Shown: positions 48,328-59,281 of the stretch, in pieces | Layout: each line of letters starts with the position of its first letter | Numbering within the stretch: position 1 is the stretch's first letter | Assembly (NCBI GenBank): GCA_017429985.1 | Contig: JAFRNW010000019.1 | Coordinates: 13,291-77,290 of the forward strand | Length of the DNA: 64,000 bases | Source of the DNA: Clostridia bacterium | GTDB lineage: Bacteria; Bacillota; Clostridia; Christensenellales; CAG-138 | Direction of reading: 5' to 3' | The notes under the pieces: model-generated | What the model was told of the DNA's origin: nothing | Database searches by the model: none | Seen by the model: only the letters and a program-made list of their open reading frames with translations | Program-made: the position numbers and the translations under genes

Positions 48328-49652
48328 TATCGAATCGTATCGATCGCTTCTTCAATGGTCGCGACGGAAATCAAAGTAACGCCGTCGGCAGCTTTCGGAT
48401 GCGCCGATTTCGGAACGATGACCCTGCGGTATCCCAGCCGGGCGCATTCCTTCAGTCTGGTGTCCAGCTGCGCCACGCTTCGGAGTTCCCCGGTCAGTCC
48501 GAGTTCTCCGATGCAGGCGGTGTCGGGAGGAAGAGGATGGCGGTAGAAAGCGGAGGCAACGCAGAGAGCGACCGCAAGATCCACGCCGCGTTCATCCAGA
48601 CGGAGATTGCCGACGACATTGATGTACACGTCCTGATCGGAAAGCCTGATCTGGGCCTTCTGTTCCAGAACGGCGAGCAGGAGGCTCAATCTGCCCGCGT
48701 CAACTCCGGAGGCGGTTCTGCGGGGACTTCCGAAGGAGGTCGGATTCAGCAGCGCCTGAATTTCCGCGAGCATTGGCCTGGAACCTTCCACCGTGCAGGT
48801 AACCGCGCACCCCGGATACCGTTCACCGGAAAGGAACAGCCTTGACGGGTCGGTGACCTGCTGCATGCCGGTATCCGTCATTTCGAAGACACCGATCTCG
48901 TTCGTGGACCCGAAACGGTTCTTGACCGCGCGAAGGAGGCGGAGCCCTGCGTGCCGGTCTCCTTCAAAATAGAGAACGGTGTCGACGATATGTTCCAGAA
49001 CACGGGGACCGGCAATCGCGCCTTCTTTTGTGACGTGTCCGACGATCAGCACGACCGTGCCGTTTTCCTTGGCGTATCTGGTCAGTTCGGCGGTACAGAG
49101 CCTGACCTGACTGACGCTTCCGAGCGCGCTTTCGGATTCCTCGGAATAAAGGGTCTGGATGGAATCGACGATCAGGATGTCGCATTTGGTAGCCTTGGCC
49201 TGGTCCAGAATGCGTTCGAGAGAGGTTTCGCACAGCAGCAGGATGTCCCCGCTGACTTTCAGACGGTCCGCCCGGAGCTTCAGCTGGGCGGAACTCTCCT
49301 CTCCGGACGCGTACAGCACGGTGCTGTTTGCGGACATGGAGTCAGCTGCCTGCATCAGTAACGTGGATTTTCCGATTCCGGGATCCCCGCAGAGAAGCGC
49401 GACCATGCCGGACAGCAGTCCGCCGCCCGTCACTCTGTCAAGCTCGGACATGCCGGTCGAGATCCTGGCTGTATGGCGGACCGACACCTCGGAAAGATGC
49501 TGAACGGCTCCGCCGGATGAGGCCGGACGTATCTTGATCTGCTGGTCTTCCACGATGGTGTTCCAGCTGCCGCATGCGGGACAGCGCCCGAGCCATTTCA
49601 TGCTCTCGAACCCGCATTCCCCGCAGATATAAACTGTCTTCGTTTTTGCCAT
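48315..49652 (-). CDS. radA: DNA repair protein RadA/Sms
   Basis: C4 zinc finger, GDPGIGKST, KNRFG, Lon-like C terminus. Confidence 0.97.
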   Translation of the reverse strand: MAKTKTVYICGECGFESMKWLGRCPACGSWNTIVEDQQIKIRPASSGGAVQHLSEVSVRHTARISTGMSELDRVTGGGLLSGMVALLCGDPGIGKSTLLMQAADSMSANSTVLYASGEESSAQLKLRADRLKVSGDILLLCETSLERILDQAKATKCDILIVDSIQTLYSEESESALGSVSQVRLCTAELTRYAKENGTVVLIVGHVTKEGAIAGPRVLEHIVDTVLYFEGDRHAGLRLLRAVKNRFGSTNEIGVFEMTDTGMQQVTDPSRLFLSGERYPGCAVTCTVEGSRPMLAEIQALLNPTSFGSPRRTASGVDAGRLSLLLAVLEQKAQIRLSDQDVYINVVGNLRLDERGVDLAVALCVASAFYRHPLPPDTACIGELGLTGELRSVAQLDTRLKECARLGYRRVIVPKSAHPKAADGVTLISVATIEEAIDTIRYCPD

Positions 49653-49754
49653 GGTTACAGTGTATCACGGATAACAGCATTTTCAACAAAGTGAAAATCA
49701 TATGATATAATATAATTTACGAAAAAAAGGAACAGTATCTATGGAGGCATAAAA

Positions 49755-50930
49755 ATGACGAAAGTTGATATATTCTCCGGATTCCTCGGAGCAGGGAAAA
49801 CAACGCTGATCCGCAAACTGATCCGGGAGGCGTATCAGGGCGAGAAACTGGTTCTGATCGAAAATGAGTTCGGCGAGATCGGTATCGACGGGACATTCAT
49901 GCAGGATGCGGGGATTGAAGTAACGGAGCTGAACTCCGGCTGCATCTGCTGCTCGCTTGTGGGTGATTTCGGGAAAGCGCTCAAGATGGTGGTCGACACC
50001 TATGCGCCCGACAGGATCCTGATCGAGCCCTCCGGCGTCGGCAAGCTTTCCGACGTGACGCTGGCGGTGGAATCGTCCGGCGCGAAAGATCTCGTGATCA
50101 ATTCCATGACGACCGTGGTGGACGCCAAAAAAGCAAAGGCATACATCGCCAATTTCGGCGAGTTCTACAACAACCAGATCGAAGCTGCGAGCTGTATCGT
50201 GCTCAGCCGGACGGATGATATCTCCGAAAAGAAACTTGCGGACGTCGTTGCGCTTCTGAAACAGCACAATCCGAACGCGACGGTCATCACGACGCCGTGG
50301 CCGCAGCTCGACGGGGAGACGATCCTGTCCGCCATGGAAAAGAAAGACACGCTTGCGGAAGCGCTGAAAGAACTGGCTGAACAGGCGGAACATGAAGAAC
50401 ATCATCACCATCACCATGATGAGGATGAGGACGAACATGAAGAACATCATCACCATCACCATGATGAGGATGAGGATGAGGACGAACATGAGCATCATCA
50501 CCACCATCATCACGACGAGGATGAGGATGAGGACGAACATGAGCATCATCACCACCATCACCACGACGAAGATGAGGATGAGGACGAGCATGAATACCAT
50601 CACCACCATCATGACGGGCACGGGCATCACCATCATCATCACGGCCATGACGCGGACGAGGTGTTCGTAAGCTGGGGACTGGAAACGCCAAGAAAGTATT
50701 CCGAAGAGGAACTGAAAGCCATTCTGGCGAAACTGGATGACCCGGAGACGTACGGAATCGTTCTCCGCAGCAAGGGCGCGGTCGATTCGACCGACGGGAC
50801 ATGGATTTATTTCGACTATGTTCCCGAAGAGACCGATATACGGCGCGGGGCAACGTCCGTGACAGGCAGGATCTGCGTGATCGGGTCTCAGTTGAAAGAA
50901 GACGCTTTGAAGGAGCTGTTCGGCGTATGA
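49755..50930 (+). CDS. CobW/COG0523 metallochaperone GTPase with His/acidic insert
   Basis: GFLGAGKTT, ENEFGE, GCICC, EPSG, LRSKG. Confidence 0.93.
   Translation: MTKVDIFSGFLGAGKTTLIRKLIREAYQGEKLVLIENEFGEIGIDGTFMQDAGIEVTELNSGCICCSLVGDFGKALKMVVDTYAPDRILIEPSGVGKLSDVTLAVESSGAKDLVINSMTTVVDAKKAKAYIANFGEFYNNQIEAASCIVLSRTDDISEKKLADVVALLKQHNPNATVITTPWPQLDGETILSAMEKKDTLAEALKELAEQAEHEEHHHHHHDEDEDEHEEHHHHHHDEDEDEDEHEHHHHHHHDEDEDEDEHEHHHHHHHDEDEDEDEHEYHHHHHDGHGHHHHHHGHDADEVFVSWGLETPRKYSEEELKAILAKLDDPETYGIVLRSKGAVDSTDGTWIYFDYVPEETDIRRGATSVTGRICVIGSQLKEDALKELFGV
50388..50650 (+). repeat. Coding tandem repeat (EHE-H6/7-DEDED units)
   Basis: About five units of 45-51 bp built from CAT/CAC and GAT/GAG triplets. 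Confidence 0.9.
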
Positions 50931-51874
50931 CGGATATCCCGGTATTTCTGTTCACGGGTTTCCTGGATTCCGGGAAAACGACATTCATCCAGAGCGTGCT
51001 TTCTGATCCGGGCTTCAACAAGGGTCAGCGGATCCTTGTGCTGCAGTGCGAGGAGGGGGAGGAGGAACTGGATCCCTCGGAGTTCGCCTCCAGCGACAAC
51101 GTGTTCATTGAAACGGTACTGGATCAGAAAAAACTGACAGAAGCGCTTCTGGACAGACTGACAAACAAATATGACGCGGAGCAGGTCGTGGTGGAATACA
51201 ACGGCATGTGGCTCCTGACGGATTTCTTCCAGATCCTTCCGAGGGAGTGGGTCATCGCGGGCGAGACCATGTTCGCGGACAGCACGACGTTTCTGCAGTA
51301 TAACGCCAATATGCGCCAGCTTGTTTTCAACAAGCTGAACACAGCGGAGATGATCGTATTCAACCGCGTTCCCAAATCCATGGACCGGATGGAACTGCAT
51401 AAAATCGTCCGCGGAGCGAACAGACAGGCGCAGATCGTCTACTCCGATGAAAACGGAAAGGCGGAATACGATGAGATTGTCGATCCGCTGCCCTTTGATG
51501 TCAATGCACCGGTGATCGAGATCGAAGACAAGGACTACGCTCTGTTTTACGTGGATCTGATGGAGAACACGAAAACATATGTCAACAAAACGGTCAGCCT
51601 GAATGTGATGGCGCTCTCGGAGAAGGGAATGCCCAGGAAAACGTTCGCGGTCGGCAGGCAGCTGATGCAGTGCTGCGTGGAGGATATCCAGTTTGCGGGA
51701 CTTGCCTGCCTGTACGATCATCCGGAGCAGATCTGTTCCAAACGGTGGTATAAGGTTGAGGCGAAAGTAATAGAACGGTTTACATCTCTTTACGGCAAAA
51801 AGGGCCCCGTTCTGGTTCTCAGCTCGATCCGGCCGTCTTCCGAGCCGGAAGAACCCGTTGCCACGTTTTATTGA
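50927..51874 (+). CDS. CobW-partner GTPase-like protein (TIGR03943-like C terminus)
   Basis: FTGFLDSGKTT, VEYNGMW, GRQLMQCCVEDI; ATGA overlap with the upstream gene. Confidence 0.78.
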   Translation: MTDIPVFLFTGFLDSGKTTFIQSVLSDPGFNKGQRILVLQCEEGEEELDPSEFASSDNVFIETVLDQKKLTEALLDRLTNKYDAEQVVVEYNGMWLLTDFFQILPREWVIAGETMFADSTTFLQYNANMRQLVFNKLNTAEMIVFNRVPKSMDRMELHKIVRGANRQAQIVYSDENGKAEYDEIVDPLPFDVNAPVIEIEDKDYALFYVDLMENTKTYVNKTVSLNVMALSEKGMPRKTFAVGRQLMQCCVEDIQFAGLACLYDHPEQICSKRWYKVEAKVIERFTSLYGKKGPVLVLSSIRPSSEPEEPVATFY

Positions 51875-51876
51875 GT

Positions 51877-52329
51877 ATGGATGAAGGAATCAAAAACGGA
51901 TCCGGACCCTACGACGATATTATCGGGCTTCCCCATCATCAATCGGTCAAACACGCAAGAATGCCGCTGATGAAACGGGCTGCGCAGTTTGCTCCGTTTG
52001 ACGCCCTGTCCGGTTACGGGGACGTGATACGGGAGACCTCGCGCGAAACGGCTGAGAGGGTGCAGCCGGAGGAGGACGCGTGGCAGGAACTGGACAGAAG
52101 GCTCCGTTTTCTGCTGAACCGCGGAGAGGACAGACCGGAGGCGGACTTCCGGTATTTCGCGGAGGACGGGAAGAAAGCCGGAGGGGAATACCGGACGAAG
52201 CGAGGCAGCGCCAGCCGGGTCGACCTGTACAGAAGGGAGCTCGTTCTGTCAGACGGAACGCGGATTCCGCTGGACGATCTGGTTTCCATCGAAAGCGATG
52301 CTTTTTCGGAAATGATTGAAGATTACTGA
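51877..52329 (+). CDS. YolD-like hypothetical protein
   Basis: YDDIIGLPHH.S.KH.RM....RAAQFAPF.AL.GY. Confidence 0.75.
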   Translation: MDEGIKNGSGPYDDIIGLPHHQSVKHARMPLMKRAAQFAPFDALSGYGDVIRETSRETAERVQPEEDAWQELDRRLRFLLNRGEDRPEADFRYFAEDGKKAGGEYRTKRGSASRVDLYRRELVLSDGTRIPLDDLVSIESDAFSEMIEDY

Positions 52330-52346
52330 GGGGAGGTCCGGATACG

Positions 52347-53045
52347 GTGCGTACGGACAACAGAAACGACTGTGAGCTGAGGGAGATTTCGATCCTTCCG
52401 GATTACACGAAAACTGCCGGCGGATCTGCGCTCATCAGCTGGGGAAACACGCGGGTGCTCTGCACCGCGCTTCTGGAAAGCGGTACGATGCCGTTCCTCA
52501 AAAACACGGGGAAAGGGTGGCTGACAGCCGAATATGCCATGCTTCCGTCTTCCACCGGCGCAAGGAAGAAGAGGGGAACGGACGGAAGAGCGACGGAGAT
52601 CCAGCGTCTGATCGGCAGAAGCCTCCGGGAGTCGGTTGATCTGATTCGGCTCGGGGAGAACGTCATCTACGTCGACTGCGATGTCCTCCAGGCGGACGGC
52701 GGGACGCGGACTGCGTCCATTACAGGCGCGTATGTCGCGGTCCGGCTCGGGATCCGGAAGTGGCTGCAGGAAGGGCGGATCCAGGAGGATCCCTTCCTTC
52801 ATCAGATTGCGGCGGTGTCGGCGGGCATCGTGGATGACCGCGTGCTGCTGGATCTCTGCTATCAGGAGGATTCCAGAGCGCAGGTGGACATGAATATCGT
52901 CATGAACGAACAGGGGGATTATATCGAACTGCAGGGAACCGGCGAGGGGAGAGGATTCAGCCGGACGGAACTGGACACGATTCTGGAATATGGAAAGACG
53001 GGGATCCTTACACTCTTTGCGCTTCAGAATGCTGCGATCGGATAA
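52347..53045 (+). CDS. rph: Ribonuclease PH
   Basis: GWLTAEYAMLP, EIQRLIGRSLR, DCDVLQADGGTRTASITG, QGTGE. Confidence 0.95.
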   Translation: MRTDNRNDCELREISILPDYTKTAGGSALISWGNTRVLCTALLESGTMPFLKNTGKGWLTAEYAMLPSSTGARKKRGTDGRATEIQRLIGRSLRESVDLIRLGENVIYVDCDVLQADGGTRTASITGAYVAVRLGIRKWLQEGRIQEDPFLHQIAAVSAGIVDDRVLLDLCYQEDSRAQVDMNIVMNEQGDYIELQGTGEGRGFSRTELDTILEYGKTGILTLFALQNAAIG

Positions 53046-53326
53046 GCCTGTCCTCCATGTGCGGGCTTCCGCCCGGAAGTCCGGGAATCACGGCAAGAGA
53101 AAAAACTACGCACCGCTGAAAGATGCCGTGCGTATTTTCTTTACCTGCAGCCCTGCGGATCGCTCCGCACGGCAGACCGTGCAGGATCGGAAAACGGCAT
53201 GTCATGGAAGAAACCTCATCGCCGACAGTAAGAGAAGTATGCACGGAAGGGCGGTAAATTTGATATACTGATTCCGATCAGCCGTCTACGGATCACAGAA
53301 GGGAGAAGCCGGCGCGGCCGGCGGGT

Positions 53327-53602
53327 ATGAAAATGAAAGCGATAGTAACAGTCGTCGGAAAAGACAGTGTCGGGATCATCGCGGGAGTCTGCCAGATCCT
53401 TGCGGAGTTCGGGATCAATATCCTGGACATCAGCCAGACGATCATGCAGGGATATTTTACGATGATGATGATCGTGGATCTGGACGGATGCAGCATTCCG
53501 TTCAGGGAGCTGAGCGGGACGCTGTCCGATTACGGAAATACCAGAGGCCTGTCCATCCGGATCCAGCGCGAGGATACATTCGACGCCATGAACCAGCTGT
53601 AG
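53327..53602 (+). CDS. ACT-domain protein (UPF0237)
   Basis: KAIVTVVGKD.VGIIA...NILDISQT. Confidence 0.9.
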   Translation: MKMKAIVTVVGKDSVGIIAGVCQILAEFGINILDISQTIMQGYFTMMMIVDLDGCSIPFRELSGTLSDYGNTRGLSIRIQREDTFDAMNQL

Positions 53603-53613
53603 AGGAGTAAGGA

Positions 53614-54972
53614 ATGCTCAGCCATAACAATATTTTTGACACGATTGCCATGTTTGACCAGCAGCATCTGGATATCCGCACCATCACGATGGGGATATCC
53701 CTGTTGGACTGTGCGTGCGAGGATACGGGAAGATGCGTGCAGCGGATGTACGATAAGATCGCAAGAAAGGCGGAGCGTCTGGTCTCCGTCGGAGAAGCGA
53801 TCGAAAACGAGTACGGGATCCCCATCGTGAACAAAAGGATCTCCGTGACCCCGATCGCCATCGCCGCCTCGGGCTGCGACACGGACGACTATACCGTGTT
53901 CGCGAAGATGATGGAACGGGCAGCGGAAGCCTGCGGCGTGAATTTCATCGGTGGGTTTTCCGCGCTCGTGCAGAAGGGCTTTACCCCCGGCGACCTGAAA
54001 CTGATCCGGACCATTCCGCGTGCGCTGTCGGAGACGGAACTTGTCTGCAGCAGCGTCAACATCGGATCTACAAAAGCCGGTATCAATATGGACGCCGTTG
54101 CCATGATGGGGAGGATCGTGAAAGAGACGGCGCATCTGACTGCGGACAGAGATGCGATCGGGTGTGCAAAACTGGTGGTCTTCTGCAATGCGGTGGAGGA
54201 TAATCCGTTCATGGCGGGCGCATTCCACGGAATCAGCGAGGCGGATTCGGTCATTCATGTCGGCGTTTCCGGACCGGGCGTGGTATACCATGCGCTTCAG
54301 GGATGCAGAGAAGCGCCGCTGAACGTGGTCGCGGAAACGGTGAAAAAGACTGCGTTTCAGATTACGAGAATGGGCCAGATGGTTGCCGCGGAAGCTTCGA
54401 AACGCCTCGGAACGGAGATGGGTATCGTGGACCTTTCCCTTGCGCCGACGCCGGCGGTCGGGGACAGTGTTGCCCGGATACTGGAAGAGATGGGGCTTGA
54501 AACGTGCGGAACGCACGGAACAACCGCCGCGCTTGCCCTGCTGAACGATTCCGTAAAAAAAGGAGGCGTCATGGCTTCCGGACATGTGGGAGGACTTTCG
54601 GGCGCATTCATTCCCGTGTCTGAGGACGAGGGGATGATCGCGGCCGCGGAGGACGGTACGCTGAACATGGATAAGCTGGAAGCAATGACCTGCGTCTGTT
54701 CGGTCGGAATCGATATGGTCGCGATCCCGGGAGATACGGATGCAGAAACTATATCGGCCATTATCGCGGACGAAGCGGCGATCGGGATGGTCAACAGCAA
54801 AACGACTGCGGTCAGGATACTGCCGGTCGAAGGGAAGCACGTCGGCGATCGGATCGAGATGGGAGGACTTCTGGGCTCCGCCCCGATCATGCCCGTACAT
54901 AAGAAATCCTCCTCGGCATTTATCCGCCGCGGAGGAAGAATTCCCGCACCTCTTCAGAGCCTGAAAAACTGA
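53614..54972 (+). CDS. PFL-like DUF711/UPF0210 protein
   Basis: [41 protein letters not shown]. Confidence 0.92.
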   Translation: MLSHNNIFDTIAMFDQQHLDIRTITMGISLLDCACEDTGRCVQRMYDKIARKAERLVSVGEAIENEYGIPIVNKRISVTPIAIAASGCDTDDYTVFAKMMERAAEACGVNFIGGFSALVQKGFTPGDLKLIRTIPRALSETELVCSSVNIGSTKAGINMDAVAMMGRIVKETAHLTADRDAIGCAKLVVFCNAVEDNPFMAGAFHGISEADSVIHVGVSGPGVVYHALQGCREAPLNVVAETVKKTAFQITRMGQMVAAEASKRLGTEMGIVDLSLAPTPAVGDSVARILEEMGLETCGTHGTTAALALLNDSVKKGGVMASGHVGGLSGAFIPVSEDEGMIAAAEDGTLNMDKLEAMTCVCSVGIDMVAIPGDTDAETISAIIADEAAIGMVNSKTTAVRILPVEGKHVGDRIEMGGLLGSAPIMPVHKKSSSAFIRRGGRIPAPLQSLKN

Positions 54973-54980
54973 TTCCTGAA

Positions 54981-55736
54981 TCAGACAAAGAAACCGTTTT
55001 CCGAGAGGAAACGGATGGAACGCTCTGTGTTTTCCAGATTCCCCGTCTCCAGCGTGACGGGGATGTTTTTATTCAGACCCCTGTACAGCCGGTCGATCGT
55101 GCCCCACGGAATGGATCCCTCTCCGAGCGGAAGATGCTCGTCAAAAAAACCGTGATTGTCAGACAGATGGAGATACCCGATTCTGTCTCCCAGCGCGTCG
55201 AACCATTTTTCCGGAGGAACCCGGGAATAATTGGCGTGGCCGATGTCGAGACAGCAGTTCACATGGCGCCGGTCGGCGTGTTTCATAATTGCTGAAAGCG
55301 GATCCGGATCCAGATCGAAACTGTTTTCGAGAAAGACGCGAAGTCCGTATTGTTCCGCGATTTCCGTGTAGAAAGAAGCCGCAAGTTCGGCGTGGCGAAC
55401 CAGATAGTCACCCCGGAGAAACGGGAAACAGGAACAGTGGAACACGATGTTGGACGCATGCACGTGCACGGCCATCGTACAGCTTTCATGCACCCGCTTC
55501 TGCGACAGAAGAGCGAAATCTCTGTCCGCACTGAACGGATTGACATCGATGTAGGCTCCGTGTACCGACTCCGTGATGCCGCAGGAGAAATACCAGCCGA
55601 GACAGCGTTCAAACTCTTCCGCGGATTCCGTTGCCCGGATCCTTGTCAGCTCGTGCGTTTCAAACGCGAACGAATACTTGGCCGCCAGGCCGGCCCACTT
55701 TTCCTTTTCATGATAGGAAGGCTGAATCTGCAGCAT
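54981..55736 (-). CDS. Sugar-phosphate isomerase/epimerase (TIM barrel)
   Basis: FLEN, CLDIGHAN, HLSDN...DEHL.LGEG. Confidence 0.82.
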   Translation of the reverse strand: MLQIQPSYHEKEKWAGLAAKYSFAFETHELTRIRATESAEEFERCLGWYFSCGITESVHGAYIDVNPFSADRDFALLSQKRVHESCTMAVHVHASNIVFHCSCFPFLRGDYLVRHAELAASFYTEIAEQYGLRVFLENSFDLDPDPLSAIMKHADRRHVNCCLDIGHANYSRVPPEKWFDALGDRIGYLHLSDNHGFFDEHLPLGEGSIPWGTIDRLYRGLNKNIPVTLETGNLENTERSIRFLSENGFFV

Positions 55737-55739
55737 GGA

Positions 55740-56216
55740 CTACCTCCCCAGTTGCCTGTAACGCAGGGCAAACCGCTTCATTTTTTCCAGCAGGGTGCGC
55801 TTCTTGGGCGTGTCCTGCTCGGCCTCCTCGAGGTACTCGCTGATTGTCCGGCAGGCGTCAAGATAGTCGTCGGTCAGTTCCCGCATGCGGATGCTCATAT
55901 GTTCCATGATCTTCAGGATCTTTTCCGGCTTGTTATTGAAATAGTCGCTGAACCCGTCAATCGTGATCTCCAGCAGCTGTGTTCCGTTCTCTTCCACGAC
56001 GATGGTGGCAGAACGCGGCATGGTGTCGAGAAGGCCGAGCTCTCCGAAGTATTCCCCGGCATGCAAGACGGTGAGGCGTTTTTCATCCGGCCCGCCGTAT
56101 CCTGCGTAGACGCCGACGGAACCCCAGCGGATATCGTACATGGAGGAACCGTATTCTCCCTCCCGGAATACAATATCGCCTTTGTTGTAGCGGACAGGGT
56201 CGAAGGTTGCGTTCAT
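55740..56216 (-). CDS. Cyclic-nucleotide-binding domain protein
   Basis: IVFREGE...GEYFGELGLL...PRSATI. Confidence 0.88.
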   Translation of the reverse strand: MNATFDPVRYNKGDIVFREGEYGSSMYDIRWGSVGVYAGYGGPDEKRLTVLHAGEYFGELGLLDTMPRSATIVVEENGTQLLEITIDGFSDYFNNKPEKILKIMEHMSIRMRELTDDYLDACRTISEYLEEAEQDTPKKRTLLEKMKRFALRYRQLGR

Positions 56217-56395
56217 GGGCGTTCGCTCCGTTTTTTCTATATGATACCACGGACGGGATTCCGGAGAACAGATATCTGCGGAAACTCGGAACGGCGAGGG
56301 ATTTTTGATTCAGGGGGGGATATGATATAATCAGAACAAGTTATCAATGCGGTGTCCGGCACGGAACAAGCAGAACGACGGGAAGGCGGAACAAT

Positions 56396-57493
56396 ATGAA
56401 GGTAGTACTGAAAGATCTCACGAAACGCTTCAAGAGTCGCGTAAAGGGCGACCCGGATGTAATTGCAGTCAACGATTTTGATTTTGAGATTCCGGACGGG
56501 CAGCTGGTCGCGCTGCTGGGGCCCTCCGGATGCGGGAAAAGCACCATGCTGAACCTGATTTGCGGTCTCGAGAAGCCGACCGAAGGGAGAATCTTCTTCG
56601 GAGAGGACGACGTAACGGACTTGCCCCCGGAAAACAGGGGAGTCGGGATGGTGTTTCAGAACTACGCTCTGTATCCCCATATGACGGTGGCGCAGAATAT
56701 CATGTTCCCGCTGCAGAATCTCAAGGGGGACCAGAAGCTTTCCAAGGAAGCGATGAGCGAAAAGGCGTTGGAAGCGGCGCGCCTTGTGCAGATCGAACAG
56801 CTGATGGATCGCAAGCCCGGCGAGATGTCGGGCGGCCAGCAGCAGCGCGTGGCGATCGCCAGAGCGCTGGTGAAACGGCCGAGGGTCCTCCTGCTGGACG
56901 AACCGCTTTCCAATCTGGACGCGCGTCTCCGTCTCCAGACAAGGGAGGAGATCCGGAGGATTCAGAGAGAGACGAAAATCACGACCCTGTTTGTCACGCA
57001 TGACCAGGAGGAAGCGATGAGTATTTCCGATATGATCGTGGTCATGAAAGCGGGGATCCTTCAGCAGATCGGGAAACCGCAGGAGGTCTACGACGATCCC
57101 GTCAATCTGTTTGTCGCGAAGTTCCTCGGAACGCCCGCGATCAACGTTTTTGACGGAAGCATCCGCGACGGGAAGTTGTACGTCGGGGATGACTGCATCC
57201 TGGACGTCGGGGATATCCCCGATCAGGAGGTATATGCCGGCATCCGCCCGGAGGGATTTATCCCGGACGAGAACGGGCCTCTCTGCTGCGGGCTGACCGG
57301 CATCGAAGTCATGGGCCGCGATACCAGCGTGGTTTCCACGCATCCCGCCGCGCCAGGCGCTATCATCCGTTCCATTGTGAGCACCGAATGCAGGATCGAC
57401 ACTTCCCTGCCGACGGTCCGCTTCTCCGTGAAGCCGTATAAGACCCTGATCTACAGCAGGGATACGGAAGAGCGGATCCGCTTCCGTTTCTGA
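56396..57493 (+). CDS. ABC transporter ATPase (MalK-like)
   Basis: GPSGCGKS, MSGGQQQR, LLLDEP, VTHDQ. Confidence 0.95.
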   Translation: MKVVLKDLTKRFKSRVKGDPDVIAVNDFDFEIPDGQLVALLGPSGCGKSTMLNLICGLEKPTEGRIFFGEDDVTDLPPENRGVGMVFQNYALYPHMTVAQNIMFPLQNLKGDQKLSKEAMSEKALEAARLVQIEQLMDRKPGEMSGGQQQRVAIARALVKRPRVLLLDEPLSNLDARLRLQTREEIRRIQRETKITTLFVTHDQEEAMSISDMIVVMKAGILQQIGKPQEVYDDPVNLFVAKFLGTPAINVFDGSIRDGKLYVGDDCILDVGDIPDQEVYAGIRPEGFIPDENGPLCCGLTGIEVMGRDTSVVSTHPAAPGAIIRSIVSTECRIDTSLPTVRFSVKPYKTLIYSRDTEERIRFRF

Positions 57494-57504
57494 GGGGCAA
57501 GAAG

Positions 57505-58395
57505 ATGAAGAACAATCAGATGAAAGGGTGGCTGTACCTGCTGCCGGCGCTTCTGTTTCTCGGCGCCTTCATGATTTATCCTCTTGTCGACGTTGTCGTA
57601 TATTCCTTCGAGGAGGGATATAACTCCGCGTCGCAGACCTTCTTCGGGACAGGGCTGTACAATTATTCCTACGTGCTGCACGATCCGTATTTTCTGCAGG
57701 CGGTCAAGAACACGTTTATCCTTGTGATCTTTACGGTCCCGATCTCGACCGGGCTTGGGCTGCTGATTTCGCTCGGACTGAATTCCATTAAGAAACTGAA
57801 AGACCTGTATCAGACCGTGTTCTTCCTTCCCTATGTCACGAACACCCTCGCGGTGGGACTTGTCTTCATGATCCTGTTCAAGAAAACGGCGTACACGGAC
57901 GGCATGGTCAATCTCCTGATCAATCTGTTCGGAGGGGCGTCGGTCGATTTTATCGACGGTCCCTACTGGGCGAAAATGTTCGTCATGTGCTTCTATACGA
58001 TCTGGATCGTTCTCCCGTTCAAGATCCTGATCCTGACCAGCGCGCTGGCGTCAGTCGACCAAGTCTACTATAACGCCGCGAAGGTGGACGGTACGTCCAA
58101 ATGGCGGATCTTCACGAAGATCACGCTGCCGATGATCTCTCCCATGATCTTCTACCTTGTGATCACGGGCTTCATCGGGGCGTTCAAAGCGTACAGCGAC
58201 GCGGTCGCCCTGTTTGGAACGGACCTGAACGCGGCAGGGATGAATACGATCGTGGGGTATGTATACGACATGCTGTACGGAAACAGCGGCGGATATCCGT
58301 CCTACGCTTCCGCAGCCGCGCTGATCCTGTTTGCCATCGTGCTCACCATCACCTGCATCAACCTGCTGGTCAGCAGAAAAAACGTCCAGTACTGA
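57505..58395 (+). CDS. ABC transporter permease
   Basis: YNAAKVDG EAA loop; hydrophobic segments. Confidence 0.92.
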   Translation: MKNNQMKGWLYLLPALLFLGAFMIYPLVDVVVYSFEEGYNSASQTFFGTGLYNYSYVLHDPYFLQAVKNTFILVIFTVPISTGLGLLISLGLNSIKKLKDLYQTVFFLPYVTNTLAVGLVFMILFKKTAYTDGMVNLLINLFGGASVDFIDGPYWAKMFVMCFYTIWIVLPFKILILTSALASVDQVYYNAAKVDGTSKWRIFTKITLPMISPMIFYLVITGFIGAFKAYSDAVALFGTDLNAAGMNTIVGYVYDMLYGNSGGYPSYASAAALILFAIVLTITCINLLVSRKNVQY

Positions 58396-58405
58396 GGAGA
58401 CCGCC

Positions 58406-59281
58406 ATGGAAAAACAGACAGAATACGACAGAATCGAAAAAAGAGCCCGAACAAGAAAACGGGTCGGGAACACGGTCACCTATACGCTTCTGACATTCTG
58501 GGCGGTCATGGTGCTGTTCCCGTTCTACTGGATGGTGCTGAGTTCCGTAAAGAGCTACAGTTCGTATAACGGGGAATATGTTCCGAGCTTTTTCACGCTG
58601 TCCCCGACGATTCAGAACTATGTCGACGCGTTCACAACTGTACCGCTGGCAAGATACTTTACCAACACGCTGATCTTTACGGTCGCGACAACGCTCCTGA
58701 TGCTCGTTGTGATCGTGCTTTCCGCCTTCGCGTTCGCAAGGCTGGACTTCAAAGGGAAAAACCTCGTGTTCACGGCGTTCCTCGCCCTGATGATGATCCC
58801 GAACGAGCTGGTGATCATCACCAACTTCCAGACGATCACGAATCTGGGGATGCGGAACACGTTCTGGGGCCTGATCCTCCCGTCCGTGACGTCGGTCTTT
58901 TACATATATCTCCTCAAGGAGAACTTTGAACAGGTTCCGGAGGAGCTGTACAAAGCCGCAAAAGTGGACGGGACCTCGGATCTGAAATACCTGTTCAAGG
59001 TCATGATCCCGATCTGCCAGCCCACGATCGTCACGATCGTGATCCTGAAGGTGATCGAATGCTGGAACTCCTACGTGTGGCCGCGCCTCATCACCGACGA
59101 TGAAGCGTACTTCCTCGTTTCGAACGGCATCCAGGAGATCCGTGAGAACGGGTTCGGCAGGGAGAACATTCCCGCGATGATGGCGGCGGTCGTGGTCATT
59201 TCCGTTCCGCTGATCGTTCTGTTCCTGATCTTTCACAAGAAGATCATGGCCGGCGTGTCGAGAGGGGGTACGAAAGGATGA
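58406..59281 (+). CDS. ABC transporter permease
   Basis: YKAAKVDG, WNSYVWP; GAGGAG RBS before ATG 58406. Confidence 0.92.
   Translation: MEKQTEYDRIEKRARTRKRVGNTVTYTLLTFWAVMVLFPFYWMVLSSVKSYSSYNGEYVPSFFTLSPTIQNYVDAFTTVPLARYFTNTLIFTVATTLLMLVVIVLSAFAFARLDFKGKNLVFTAFLALMMIPNELVIITNFQTITNLGMRNTFWGLILPSVTSVFYIYLLKENFEQVPEELYKAAKVDGTSDLKYLFKVMIPICQPTIVTIVILKVIECWNSYVWPRLITDDEAYFLVSNGIQEIRENGFGRENIPAMMAAVVVISVPLIVLFLIFHKKIMAGVSRGGTKG

Noticed and set aside
49685-49735. Possible Zur box upstream of the CobW gene
   Set aside because: Only a half-site-like TTACGA is present; there is no convincing dyad.
50388-50650. CRISPR-like periodic repeat
   Set aside because: It is in-frame coding triplet repeat with no unique spacers, and no cas genes are present.
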